This document shows, piece by piece, positions 9,710 to 18,543 of a stretch of 64,000 nucleotides of DNA. Every line of letters begins with the position of its first letter. The first letter of the stretch is position 1. The DNA is taken from NCBI GenBank assembly GCA_963713975.1, contig OY970218.1, positions 3,560,742 to 3,624,741 of the forward strand. The letters are read 5' to 3'. Under the pieces are notes generated by a model, which had not been told where the DNA came from, searched no databases, and saw only the letters and a program-made list of their open reading frames with translations. The DNA comes from an uncultured Chloroflexia bacterium. GTDB taxonomy: Bacteria > Chloroflexota > Limnocylindria > Limnocylindrales > CSP1-4. The position numbers and the translations under genes were made by a program.

Positions 9710-11043
9710 GCATCGCCGACGTCGTCCGGGAGGCGGCCGCAGACCGGCCCGTGTCGTCCACCGCCGACGAGTGCCTCAAGTGCAACGTCTGCAACACGGT
9801 CTGCCCGGTGATGCGGGTCACGGACCTGTTCGCCGGCCCCAAGTACGAGGGCCCGCAGGCGCAGCGCCTACGCATGGCCGCCGGGCAGGTGATCCAGGGG
9901 CCGCACTCGAGCAATCCGCGCTCCCCCGACCACTCGGTGGACTACTGCTCCGGCTGCGGCTGGTGCACGACCGCGTGTCCGGCGGGCGTGAAGATCGCCG
10001 AGATGAACAACCAGGCCCGCGGGCGGCTCCGCGAGGGCAAGCGGCCCAGGCTTCGTGACTGGACCCTCGGCCAGACCGACCTCACGGGGTCGATGGGCGT
10101 GCTCTTCTCGCCGCTCGCCAACTTCGCCTTCCACAACCGCGTCGTGCGGGCGGTGGTCGAGGTCGGCTTCGGCGTCCACCGCAAGGCGCCGTTCCCCCGG
10201 TTCGCGAAACGCACCTTCGCCTCGACCTGGAAGAAGCGCCAGGCCAGGAGCGGCGACGGGGGAAGGCCGAAGGGCCGGCCGGGTCCGGACGCGGCCATCG
10301 TCTATTTCCATGGCTGCTCGGCCAACTACTACGAGCCGCACGTGGCCGAGGCCGCGATCTGGGTGCTCAAGCGGAACGGCTTCGAGACGATCGTCCCCGA
10401 GCAGGTCTGCTGCGGACTGCCGCTGATCAGCAACGGGCTCTACGACGACGCTCGCGAGCGTGCGTGCACGAACACGAAGGTGCTCGCCGAGTACGCCCGG
10501 GCCGGCTACCGGATCATCGGCACCTCCACCTCCTGCACCCACACGCTCAAGGCCGAGTACGAGGAGATGCTCGACATGCGCGACGACGATACCCGCGCCG
10601 TCGCCCATGCCACCTGGGACATCTGCGAGTTCCTGCTGCACCTGCACGAGGAAGGGCGCCTCGACACCGGCTTCGGCCGCCTGGACGAGGACCTCGCCTA
10701 CCACGCCCCGTGCCAGCTCCGGAGCCACGGCATCGGGCTGCCGGCGCTCGATCTGTTCGCCCTCGTCCCGGGGCTGCGGGCCGTGGACATGGACCACGAC
10801 TGCTGCGGCATGGCGGGCACGTATGGCCTCAAGCGCGAGAAGTACGACATCGCGGCCAGGGTCGGCGAGCCGCTCTTCCGTAAGGTCAGGGAATCGGGCG
10901 CCAGCGAGGCGGCCTGCGACTCCGAGACCTGCCGCTGGCAGATCGAGACGGCGACCGGGGTCCGGACCCGTCACCCGGTCGAGATCCTGCGGGACGCCTA
11001 CCGGTCCGCGGACGAGGCGACGGCACCCGCCACAGCGGGTTGA
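9706..11043 (+). CDS. glpC: Anaerobic glycerol-3-phosphate dehydrogenase subunit C
   Basis: CLKCNVCNTVCP, CSGCGWCTTACP, two CCG domains (CCGLP, CCGMAG), CETCRWQI; GTGA overlap with glpB. Confidence 0.93.
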   Translation: MSIADVVREAAADRPVSSTADECLKCNVCNTVCPVMRVTDLFAGPKYEGPQAQRLRMAAGQVIQGPHSSNPRSPDHSVDYCSGCGWCTTACPAGVKIAEMNNQARGRLREGKRPRLRDWTLGQTDLTGSMGVLFSPLANFAFHNRVVRAVVEVGFGVHRKAPFPRFAKRTFASTWKKRQARSGDGGRPKGRPGPDAAIVYFHGCSANYYEPHVAEAAIWVLKRNGFETIVPEQVCCGLPLISNGLYDDARERACTNTKVLAEYARAGYRIIGTSTSCTHTLKAEYEEMLDMRDDDTRAVAHATWDICEFLLHLHEEGRLDTGFGRLDEDLAYHAPCQLRSHGIGLPALDLFALVPGLRAVDMDHDCCGMAGTYGLKREKYDIAARVGEPLFRKVRESGASEAACDSETCRWQIETATGVRTRHPVEILRDAYRSADEATAPATAG

Positions 11044-11144
11044 GGGTTCGGACGGCCCATCAAGGTCACCTTCCGGGCCCCGAGGACGGTCGGATCGACA
11101 CTCGACACGAGTGCGGTCGGGGCGCGAACCTTGTCTCGATTGCG

Positions 11145-12332
11145 ATGGAGTCAAGCAGCGCTCCTCAGGTGGTGATCGTCGGTGGCGGTGGCACAGGCGG
11201 TGCTCTCGCCCACGACCTCACGCTCCGTGGACTCAGGGTCGTGCTCGTAGAGCGCCACGGGCTGACGTCCGGGACCACGGGGCGCCACCATGGACTGTTC
11301 CATTCGGGCGCCAGGTACGCGGTCAACGACCCCGAATCCGCCGCCGAGTGCATCCGCGAGAACCGCATCCTCCGTCGGATCTGTCCCGGCTCGTTCGAGC
11401 TCAACGACGGCCTGTTCGTTGCGCTCGACGAAGAGGACTTGGACTTCCGCGAACGGTTCATGCCCGCCTGCGAGGCCTCCGGCATCCCCGTCCGCTGGCT
11501 GACCGCCGCCGAGGCACTGCGCCTCGAGCCCAACCTCGACCCCGGACTCCTGGGCGCCGCCCAGGTTCCCGATGGGACCATGGATGCGATGCGCCTGCCG
11601 CTGCGCTTCTTTGCGACCGCCCTGGCCAACGGCGCCGCCATCAACCCGTACACCGAGGTCACGGGCCTGAATGGCTCCTCCGGTTGCGTGACGGGCGTCC
11701 GGGTCCTGGACCGGATGACGGGTCGGGCCTATGCCATCGGCGCCGATGTCGTCGTCAATGCCGCTGGCCCGTGGGGCGGCCAGGTCGGACGGATGGCCGG
11801 TGTCGACGTGCCGGTGCGGCCGTCGCCGGGCGTACTCGTGGCGATGTGCGGCCGCCACAGCGAGATGGTCGTGAGCCGCCTGCACGCATCGTCAGACGGC
11901 GACATCGTGGTGCCCCAGCGGGCACTCTCGATCATCGGGACCAGCTCCTGGCTGGCGGAGGACCCGGACGAGCTCGACGTACCCGAGGATCACGTCCAGC
12001 GGATGCTCACGGAAGGTGCCCGGCTCCTCCCGTCGCTGCGGGGAGCGGAGATGCGGGCCGCGTGGTCGGCGGCGCGGCCGCTGGTCGGCGATCGCGGCGG
12101 GGAGACCGGGCGCGAGCTGAGCCGCACCTTCAAGTGCTTCGACCACGCGGCGGACGACGGCGTCGAGGGCTTCGTCACGATCTCCGGCGGCAAGGGGACG
12201 ACCCTGCGCGGCATGGCGGAGCTCACGGCGGACGTCGTCTGCCGCAAGCTGGGGATCGAAACCCCGTGCCGCACGGCGGAGACGGTCCTGCTGCCCCACA
12301 CCGCCTTCCATCGCGTCCCGGTGGCGGCCTGA
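11145..12332 (+). CDS. Second GlpA-family FAD-dependent oxidoreductase lacking the C-terminal BFD [2Fe-2S] domain
   Basis: IVGGGGTG, GTTGRHHGLFHSGARY, NAAGPW, GGKGTT; ends at CRTAETVLLP with no CxC...CQGxxC. Confidence 0.88.
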   Translation: MESSSAPQVVIVGGGGTGGALAHDLTLRGLRVVLVERHGLTSGTTGRHHGLFHSGARYAVNDPESAAECIRENRILRRICPGSFELNDGLFVALDEEDLDFRERFMPACEASGIPVRWLTAAEALRLEPNLDPGLLGAAQVPDGTMDAMRLPLRFFATALANGAAINPYTEVTGLNGSSGCVTGVRVLDRMTGRAYAIGADVVVNAAGPWGGQVGRMAGVDVPVRPSPGVLVAMCGRHSEMVVSRLHASSDGDIVVPQRALSIIGTSSWLAEDPDELDVPEDHVQRMLTEGARLLPSLRGAEMRAAWSAARPLVGDRGGETGRELSRTFKCFDHAADDGVEGFVTISGGKGTTLRGMAELTADVVCRKLGIETPCRTAETVLLPHTAFHRVPVAA

Positions 12333-12333
12333 C

Positions 12334-13122
12334 ATGACGACCCTGCTCGATCGGTCGGCCGAGGCGCCCGAGGCGGCGCCCGTGCCGTCCCGCCCGTTCC
12401 GGATCCTGCGCCACCACCGGGGCCGGGAGCCTCGCTGGGACCACTACCGGGCGCCCGTGACGTCCGCACGGACGACGGTCCTGGATGCCCTGACCTGGAT
12501 CCGTGCCCACCTGGATCCGACCCTGGATGTCCGCCACTCGTGCTTCCACGCCTCGTGCGGGACATGCGGCATGCGCGTCAACGGCCGCGACGTGCTCGCC
12601 TGTGTCACGCGGCTGGCCGACCTCGGCCCGGGCGAGGTGACCGTCGAGCCGCTGCTCAACCAGCCGATCGTGAGCGACCTGGTCGTGGACATCGAGGCAC
12701 TCTACGAAGCGTTTGACGGAGTGGGCCTGCCGCTCGTCCGCCGGTCCGAGGCCATGGGCGGCTCGCGCCCGGCTGATGGCGTGGACCACCTGACCCGATT
12801 CGAGGACTGCATCGAGTGCGGGCTGTGCGTGTCGGCCTGCCCGATCGAGGCCAGCGACGCCGCCTACGTCGGCCCCGGCGTGCTCGCGGCCGCCTGGAGG
12901 GTCATCGACGAGCCCCGTGACGCAGATCCGGCGCGAGCCTTCGCGCTCGTCGACGGCGACCAGGGCGCGTGGCGCTGCCACCTGGCCTTCGAGTGCAGCG
13001 AGGCGTGCCCGTCGGGTGCGCTGCCAGCCGAACAGATCATGCACCTTCGGCGCGGGCTCCTGCGCCACCGCCTCCGGGCGGTGTTCGGACGCGCGGCCGG
13101 AGGTGACGGGAGGGCGTCGTGA
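12334..13122 (+). CDS. SdhB/FrdB-family iron-sulfur subunit
   Basis: SCFHASCGTC..NG..VLAC ([2Fe-2S]), CIECGLCVSACP ([4Fe-4S]), CHLAFECSEACP ([3Fe-4S]). Confidence 0.92.
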   Translation: MTTLLDRSAEAPEAAPVPSRPFRILRHHRGREPRWDHYRAPVTSARTTVLDALTWIRAHLDPTLDVRHSCFHASCGTCGMRVNGRDVLACVTRLADLGPGEVTVEPLLNQPIVSDLVVDIEALYEAFDGVGLPLVRRSEAMGGSRPADGVDHLTRFEDCIECGLCVSACPIEASDAAYVGPGVLAAAWRVIDEPRDADPARAFALVDGDQGAWRCHLAFECSEACPSGALPAEQIMHLRRGLLRHRLRAVFGRAAGGDGRAS

Positions 13123-13529
13123 TGGACCGCGTCGAAGGGCGACGGGCGGACGCGCCACGGAGGCGCGGCATCGCCGGCTGGTTCGATCCGCGCCACCGGC
13201 ATCTCGGCGAATGGGCGTTCGCCCTCAACCGCCTGTCGGGACTGGGCGTGCTGCTCTACCTGTACCTGCACCTCGTGATCCTGTCGCTGCTTGCGCGCGG
13301 CCCGGATGAGTGGGACGCCTTCGTCGGCATCGCGACGAGCCCGGCGATCCTCGTCTTCGATGTGGTGCTGCTTGCCGGGCTGCTCATCCACGGCTTCAAC
13401 GGCGTCCGCCTCACCCTGCTGGGCTCCGGGCTGGTGGTCGGCCGCCAGAAGGCGCTCTATGTGGCGCTGATGGTGATCGCCGGGGTCGTGCTGCTGACCG
13501 GTGCCATCCGGATCTTCGAGGTGGCCTGA
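13122..13529 (+). CDS. SdhC-like cytochrome b membrane anchor
   Basis: 3 TM segments, WAFALNRLSG..LYLHL, HGFNGVRL. Confidence 0.85.
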   Translation: MDRVEGRRADAPRRRGIAGWFDPRHRHLGEWAFALNRLSGLGVLLYLYLHLVILSLLARGPDEWDAFVGIATSPAILVFDVVLLAGLLIHGFNGVRLTLLGSGLVVGRQKALYVALMVIAGVVLLTGAIRIFEVA

Positions 13530-13530
13530 C

Positions 13531-13914
13531 ATGGCCGTGACGTGGACCCCGGAAGCCGCCGAGCGCATCCGAGCCGAACGGGACTGGGCATGGGTCATCC
13601 AGGCCGCGACGGGGGCCGCGGTGCTGGTCCTGGTCACGGTCCACATGATCGCGAACCACTTCATCCTGCCCGATGGGCTGCGGGGCTTCGCGGAGGTCGT
13701 GGCCTACCTGTCCAACCCGGTGATCGTCGCTCTTGAGCTCACCTTCCTCGTGACGGTGACTTGGCACGCGCTGCTGGGTGTCCGGGCCGTGCTGTTCGAC
13801 TTCGGGTTCTCGTCGCGGGCCGAGATCCGGATCACGCGCCTGTTGGCCGTCGTCGGCGTGCTCACGGTCGGGTATGGTCTCTGGCTCACGGCGGTGATCA
13901 CCGGCCAGGGCTGA
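13531..13914 (+). CDS. SdhD-like hydrophobic membrane anchor
   Basis: 3 TM segments, WVIQAATG..VHM, WHALLGVRAVLFDF. Confidence 0.85.
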   Translation: MAVTWTPEAAERIRAERDWAWVIQAATGAAVLVLVTVHMIANHFILPDGLRGFAEVVAYLSNPVIVALELTFLVTVTWHALLGVRAVLFDFGFSSRAEIRITRLLAVVGVLTVGYGLWLTAVITGQG

Positions 13915-13942
13915 TCGCCGCTCGACCCTCAGGAGGAGCGAC

Positions 13943-15013
13943 GTGCCCGAAGCGCCCGAAGCGCCAGCACCGCTGCGGGTGGTGGTGATCGGGTCCGGCG
14001 CCGTGGGCTCGTTCCTGGGGGGCTCGCTGGCTGCCGCTGGTCACGCCGTGACCCTGCTGGGCCGGCGGCCGGCCACGGGTGCCGATGCCGGGCTGCTGCT
14101 CCTCGAGGGCCCGGACGAGACGCGCCGGGTGCCCGTCCAGCAGACACATGACGCGGCGGAGGCGGACGTCCCGCAGCTCGCCATCGCTGCCGTCAAGATG
14201 TTCGATCTCGAGGAGGCGCTGGCAACGGCGGCCCGCTGGCCGGACGCCGTGATCATGACCGTCCAGAACGGCGTGGGCGCCGAGGAGGTCGCGCGGGCGG
14301 CCCGGACGTCACCCCTGATCGCCGCTTCCCTCACCACGGCCGTGGAGCCCGTCCCGGGCGGCGTGCGACGGCTGCGCACCGGGGGCATTGGCGTGGCCGC
14401 GGTACCCGGCGACGGCACCGCCGCCGCGGGTGCGACGGCCCGGCGTCTCGCGGAGTCCCTGGCCGCGGCCGGCCTGCCGGCGCGCGTCTACCCCGATGCC
14501 GCCGCGATGAAGTGGTCCAAGCTCCTCGCGAACCTCGTCGGCAACGCGACGAGCGCCATCCTGGACATGAGCCCGGGCGAGATCTACGCGGACCGCCGCC
14601 TCTACCCCATCGAGCGGCGCCAGCTCCAGGAGGCGGCAGCGGTGATGCGGGCCCTCGGCCTGGAGACGGTGGCACTGCCCGGGGCGCACGTGCAGCTGCT
14701 GCTGAGGGGCCTGGCTCTGCCAGCGGCGATCGGCCGCCCCGTGATCGCCCGGGCGATCGCCGGCGCCCGGGGCGGCAAGTCCCCATCCCTCCGCCTGCAT
14801 GTCAGGGGTGGCGGCAGCGGCCCGACCGAGGCGCGCTGGCTCAACGGCGCAGTCGCAACCGCGGGCATCCGGACCGGCGTGCCAGCACCCGTCAATGCCT
14901 GCCTGGCCGCGCTCGTGGACGAGGTGGCGGCGGACCCTGGACGCGCTGCGTGGTTCGCCGGCAGGCCGGACCGGCTCGCGGACGCCGTGGCCGCGTGGCC
15001 GACACGCCCGTAA
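13943..15013 (+). CDS. Ketopantoate reductase (PanE/ApbA)-family oxidoreductase
   Basis: IGSGAVG, AVK, VQNGVG, KWSKLLANL, KSPSL, TEARWLNG; AGGAG RBS. Confidence 0.85.
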   Translation: MPEAPEAPAPLRVVVIGSGAVGSFLGGSLAAAGHAVTLLGRRPATGADAGLLLLEGPDETRRVPVQQTHDAAEADVPQLAIAAVKMFDLEEALATAARWPDAVIMTVQNGVGAEEVARAARTSPLIAASLTTAVEPVPGGVRRLRTGGIGVAAVPGDGTAAAGATARRLAESLAAAGLPARVYPDAAAMKWSKLLANLVGNATSAILDMSPGEIYADRRLYPIERRQLQEAAAVMRALGLETVALPGAHVQLLLRGLALPAAIGRPVIARAIAGARGGKSPSLRLHVRGGGSGPTEARWLNGAVATAGIRTGVPAPVNACLAALVDEVAADPGRAAWFAGRPDRLADAVAAWPTRP

Positions 15014-15028
15014 CGAACGCCCCGGGCC

Positions 15029-15034
15029 TATACT
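15029..15034 (+). promoter_or_regulatory. -10 box for a probable leaderless plsY transcript
   Basis: TATACT 8 nt before GTG 15043; no SD. Confidence 0.55.
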
Positions 15035-15042
15035 CCGCCTCC

Positions 15043-15672
15043 GTGGAACCCTTCGACCTCCTGCGCGCCGTCCTCATCGTGGCCGCCGCCTACCTGATCG
15101 GTGGCATCCCCTGGGGCGTCATCGTCGCCAAGGTCACGGGGGGGCCGGATCCGCGCAGCATGGGCAGCGGCCGGACAGGCGGCGCCAACACGATGCGGGC
15201 CCTCGGGCCGCGCCTGGCCCTCGTCTCGGGGCTGCTCGACATGCTCAAAGGCACGGTCGCGGTGCTCCTGGCGCAGGCGCTCGGTGGCGGCGTGGGCGTC
15301 GAGGTCGCGGCGGCTCTGGCGGCGATCGTCGGCCACAGCCGCTCCCCGTTCCTGGGCTTCGGGGGTGGACGCGGCGTCGCGCCAGCCTTCGGCGGGCTCC
15401 TGGCCTTCCAGCCGCTCATCGCCCTGGCCATCATCCCGCTCTTCGCCGGGGTGATCCTGGTCACCCGCTACTCGTCGCTGGGCTCGCTGGCCGGCTCAGC
15501 CGCGGCAGGGATCCTGCTGGTCATCGCGACCGTGACCGTCCCCCTGGACCCGTGGATGTACGTCTACGCGGTGGGCGGCACCGGGCTCGTCTGGCTGTTC
15601 CACATGGACAACATCCACCGGCTCCTCAACGGCCAGGAGCGCAAGCTCGGGTCCCCGCGACCCGAGGAGTGA
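15043..15672 (+). CDS. plsY: Glycerol-3-phosphate acyltransferase PlsY
   Basis: YLIGGIPWG, GSGRTGGAN, DMLKG, GHS..F.GGRGVA, RYSSLGS, HMDNIHRL. Confidence 0.93.
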   Translation: MEPFDLLRAVLIVAAAYLIGGIPWGVIVAKVTGGPDPRSMGSGRTGGANTMRALGPRLALVSGLLDMLKGTVAVLLAQALGGGVGVEVAAALAAIVGHSRSPFLGFGGGRGVAPAFGGLLAFQPLIALAIIPLFAGVILVTRYSSLGSLAGSAAAGILLVIATVTVPLDPWMYVYAVGGTGLVWLFHMDNIHRLLNGQERKLGSPRPEE

Positions 15673-15707
15673 CCCGGGAAGTCGCCCGGACCTCGAGGCC
15701 GTCACCC

Positions 15708-15992
15708 TCAGTCGGGGATCGCCTCGCCCATCCCGCCGTCGACGAACCCCTCGAGGGTCTCGATGGCGGTGTCCTCGTCCTCGCCCTCCGCCACCAGCCG
15801 GATCCGGTGGCCCTTCGCCACCCCGCTGCCCATCACCATCAGGATCGACTTGGCATCCACCGGTGCCGAACCCCGCTCGAGGTTCTCGAGGGTGATCCTG
15901 GAGGTGAACGACGCCGCGGTCCTGACGAACATGGCGGCCGGACGCGCATGCAGGCCGCTGGGGTTGAGAACGGTCCGTTCGGTGCTCCGCAT
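15708..15992 (-). CDS. ptsH: HPr-family phosphocarrier
   Basis: NPSGLHARPA (His15), DAKSILMVM (Ser46), AEGEDE. Confidence 0.92.
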   Translation of the reverse strand: MRSTERTVLNPSGLHARPAAMFVRTAASFTSRITLENLERGSAPVDAKSILMVMGSGVAKGHRIRLVAEGEDEDTAIETLEGFVDGGMGEAIPD

Positions 15993-16024
15993 GTCCGCAG
16001 GGTACCCGACGCGTGTCCTCCTGA

Positions 16025-17209
16025 TCAGGCGTCGGGCAGGGTGGCGGCCATCACCCGCAGCACGTTCTCGCCCATCACCGCGCGGATCGCGGCGTCCTCC
16101 AGGCCCGCGGCCAGCAGCGCGTCCGTGAGCCAGACCACGTTGGCCGCGTCGAAGGGGACGGCCACCGCGCCGTCCCAGTCCGAGCCCAGGGCGACGTGCT
16201 CCACGCCCACGCGCTCCACGGCGTAGGCGATCGAGCGCGCGATGGCAGCCGCGTCCGGACCGCCGCTCGCCGTCTCCCAGAAGCCGATCCCCACCAGGCC
16301 GCCGGTCGCGGCGATCCCCTCGAGGTGCTCGTCGGAGAGATTGCGGGCGTTGTCGCAGATCCCTCGGACACCGGTGTGCGACGCGACAACCGGCCGGCTG
16401 GAGATCGCCAGGGCGTCGTCGATGGTCCGTGCCGAGCTGTGCGCGACGTCGAGGACCACGCCCCGGGCCTCCATCCGGTGGATCATCTCGCGCCCGGCGC
16501 CCGTGAGGCCGTGCTGCTCCACGCCATGGGCAGAGCCACCGAACGCCGTGTCGAAGAAATGGGCGGGCGAGATCATCCGGATCCCCGCATCGGCGACGAC
16601 ATCCACGTTGGCCGGGTCGCCGTCGAGCGCGTGGGCGCCCTCGATCGACAGCATGCCGGCGGTGATCGCCTCGTTGCCCGCGCGGTCGGCCAGGTAGGCC
16701 GCCAGCTCCGCCCGCGTCCCGATGATCCGGAAGGCGCCGTCGGACGCCGCCGCAAACCGTCGGGCGCTTGCCGCCAGGTGCAGGACACGTGGCATCAGGC
16801 GGCGCCACGTCGCCGGCGGCCAACGCTTGGCCAGGGCGAGCCTGATCACGTCGTCCGAGGTGTCCTCGTTGCGATCGATGTTGAGGCCGCGCGGCGTCTT
16901 GACTGCCATCGAGAATACCTGGAGCGCCACCCGGCCCTCGATCATCCGCGGCACGTCCACGTGGCCGCGGTCGCTGCGACGCAGCAGGTCACGACCGAAC
17001 AAGAGGGAATCCGCGTGGAGGTCCGCGACGCGCAGGGTCGCGTGGAGCTTGCGCGCACGATCACCGACCGGCCCGGAGGGTTCGGGCCCCACGGGGTTCA
17101 TCTGCGCCTCGGTACGGGCCACCAGGGCGTCCAGTGCCGGCCGTGCGGCGACCAGGGCACCTGCGACCGCCACGCCGGTGGCCAGGGCCGCGACCCGCCG
17201 GCCGCTCAT
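16025..17209 (-). CDS. Membrane dipeptidase (peptidase M19) with N-terminal signal/anchor
   Basis: DLHADS, SIEGAH, DVAHSS, ASHTG, RNLSD, ALGSDWDG; N-terminus MSGRRVAALATGVAVAGAL. Confidence 0.88.
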   Translation of the reverse strand: MSGRRVAALATGVAVAGALVAARPALDALVARTEAQMNPVGPEPSGPVGDRARKLHATLRVADLHADSLLFGRDLLRRSDRGHVDVPRMIEGRVALQVFSMAVKTPRGLNIDRNEDTSDDVIRLALAKRWPPATWRRLMPRVLHLAASARRFAAASDGAFRIIGTRAELAAYLADRAGNEAITAGMLSIEGAHALDGDPANVDVVADAGIRMISPAHFFDTAFGGSAHGVEQHGLTGAGREMIHRMEARGVVLDVAHSSARTIDDALAISSRPVVASHTGVRGICDNARNLSDEHLEGIAATGGLVGIGFWETASGGPDAAAIARSIAYAVERVGVEHVALGSDWDGAVAVPFDAANVVWLTDALLAAGLEDAAIRAVMGENVLRVMAATLPDA

Positions 17210-17631
17210 GCGCCGAAGGCCCGGCCGCGGGTGGGGCGGATCCGCAGCGGCACGTTGTAGATCGTCGCCATCTCCTCGGCCGACGTGAGGTAGTCGGTGA
17301 TCCACGCTCCGTACTTGGCGAGGTACGCAGCGTGGTCGGGGACCTGCGGCGTCGCCTGGTCCACGCGCGCCTCGCCCTCGATGACGACGACGTCGCCACC
17401 CTTCCCGTCGTCGTTGAGGTGGAGGGTGACCCGCGGATTGTGGGTGATGTTCAGGTTCCGCTTGGCGCGCTTGTCCGAGAAGACCAGCGCCTCGCCGTCC
17501 TCCCACAGGAACCAGATCGGGAAGGTCTGGGGCTGGCCATCGGGCGTGACGGTCGTCAGCCAGCCGATCATGTCCGTCCGGAGGCGCGCGAGCGCGTGCG
17601 CGTCCGCTTCGGAGCCGGAGTCGAAGACCAT
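17206..17631 (-). CDS. PPOX-class (probably F420-dependent) oxidoreductase
   Basis: IGWLTTV..DGQPQ..PIWFLW, KRNLNITHNPRVTLHLN, VVVIEGEA. Confidence 0.85.
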   Translation of the reverse strand: MVFDSGSEADAHALARLRTDMIGWLTTVTPDGQPQTFPIWFLWEDGEALVFSDKRAKRNLNITHNPRVTLHLNDDGKGGDVVVIEGEARVDQATPQVPDHAAYLAKYGAWITDYLTSAEEMATIYNVPLRIRPTRGRAFGA

Positions 17632-17647
17632 CGGGTATCCCTCCACG

Positions 17648-18433
17648 TCAGGCCGGCGCGGGCTTGGCCGCAGGCCGGTGTCGAACCTCGTCCAGGAATG
17701 CGAGCGAGCGCGGGTCCCGCTCCAGCGCGATCCGCATGAACTCGCGCATCGCCCCCTCCACCTCACGTTCCACCGCGGGCGACAGGCGGAGGGTCGCGAT
17801 CGCCTCGATGTCCAGGCGCTGGTAGGCCTTGAGCAGCTTGAGCGCGTCGAGCGACAGGGCGACGCGGTCGGCCGGCGGCCCCGGGCAGCGGGCGCAGATC
17901 ACGCCTCCCAGCGGCGGGACCCAGCGGAACGCCTCCGTGGCATCCAGCATCCGGTCGCACTCCACGCAGCGGTCCACCTCGGGGCGCTGGCCCAGCTCGT
18001 CCGCGAGGTGCATCTCGTACCAGCGGGCGACGCGTCCGGGCGCCATGCCGGCATCCAGCAGTTCGTAGGCGCGGCGAAGGAGCGCGTACAGCGGCTGCGC
18101 CTCGTGGCGCTCCTCCAGGCTGCGATCCGCCAGCTCCGCCAGGTACCACGCGGTGGCGGCGCTCTCGAGGCTGTCGCGCAGGCGGAGCCAGGCGTGGCCG
18201 ACGCGGACCTCGGTCACGACGTCGAATGTCCGCCCGCGGGCGAGCGCGACGGTCAGCTCGGCGAACGGCTCCAGGGAGCCGCCCAGGCGCGACGTCGGGC
18301 GGCGGATGCCCTTGGCGATCGCTTTGAGCTTGCCGTGCTCGGGGGTGACCAGGGTCAGCACCCGGTCGGCCTCCCCCAGGTCGAACCGGGAGAGGACGAT
18401 CGCATCGGTGACGTAGCGGCGCGGCGCGGGCAC
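17648..18433 (-). CDS. recO: DNA repair protein RecO
   Basis: AIVL..GEADRVLTL.T..HGK..AIAKG.RRPTSRLGG.LEPF; CVEC..CARC zinc finger. Confidence 0.95.
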   Translation of the reverse strand: MPAPRRYVTDAIVLSRFDLGEADRVLTLVTPEHGKLKAIAKGIRRPTSRLGGSLEPFAELTVALARGRTFDVVTEVRVGHAWLRLRDSLESAATAWYLAELADRSLEERHEAQPLYALLRRAYELLDAGMAPGRVARWYEMHLADELGQRPEVDRCVECDRMLDATEAFRWVPPLGGVICARCPGPPADRVALSLDALKLLKAYQRLDIEAIATLRLSPAVEREVEGAMREFMRIALERDPRSLAFLDEVRHRPAAKPAPA

Positions 18434-18543
18434 GCTCGGACGGTAGCACTCCCGAGCACGGAGGTCCGGCGGCCACCGGGCCGCACCAACAGGCTACTTT
18501 CAGCGAACACGTTTAGGGTCGGACCCGGTACACTCGCTCCACC

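Noticed and set aside
12334-13914. Annotating these genes as a normal succinate dehydrogenase operon
   Set aside because: The adjacent flavoprotein is GlpA/DAO-type and lacks the SdhA covalent-FAD motif (SHT..A.GG); gene symbols withheld
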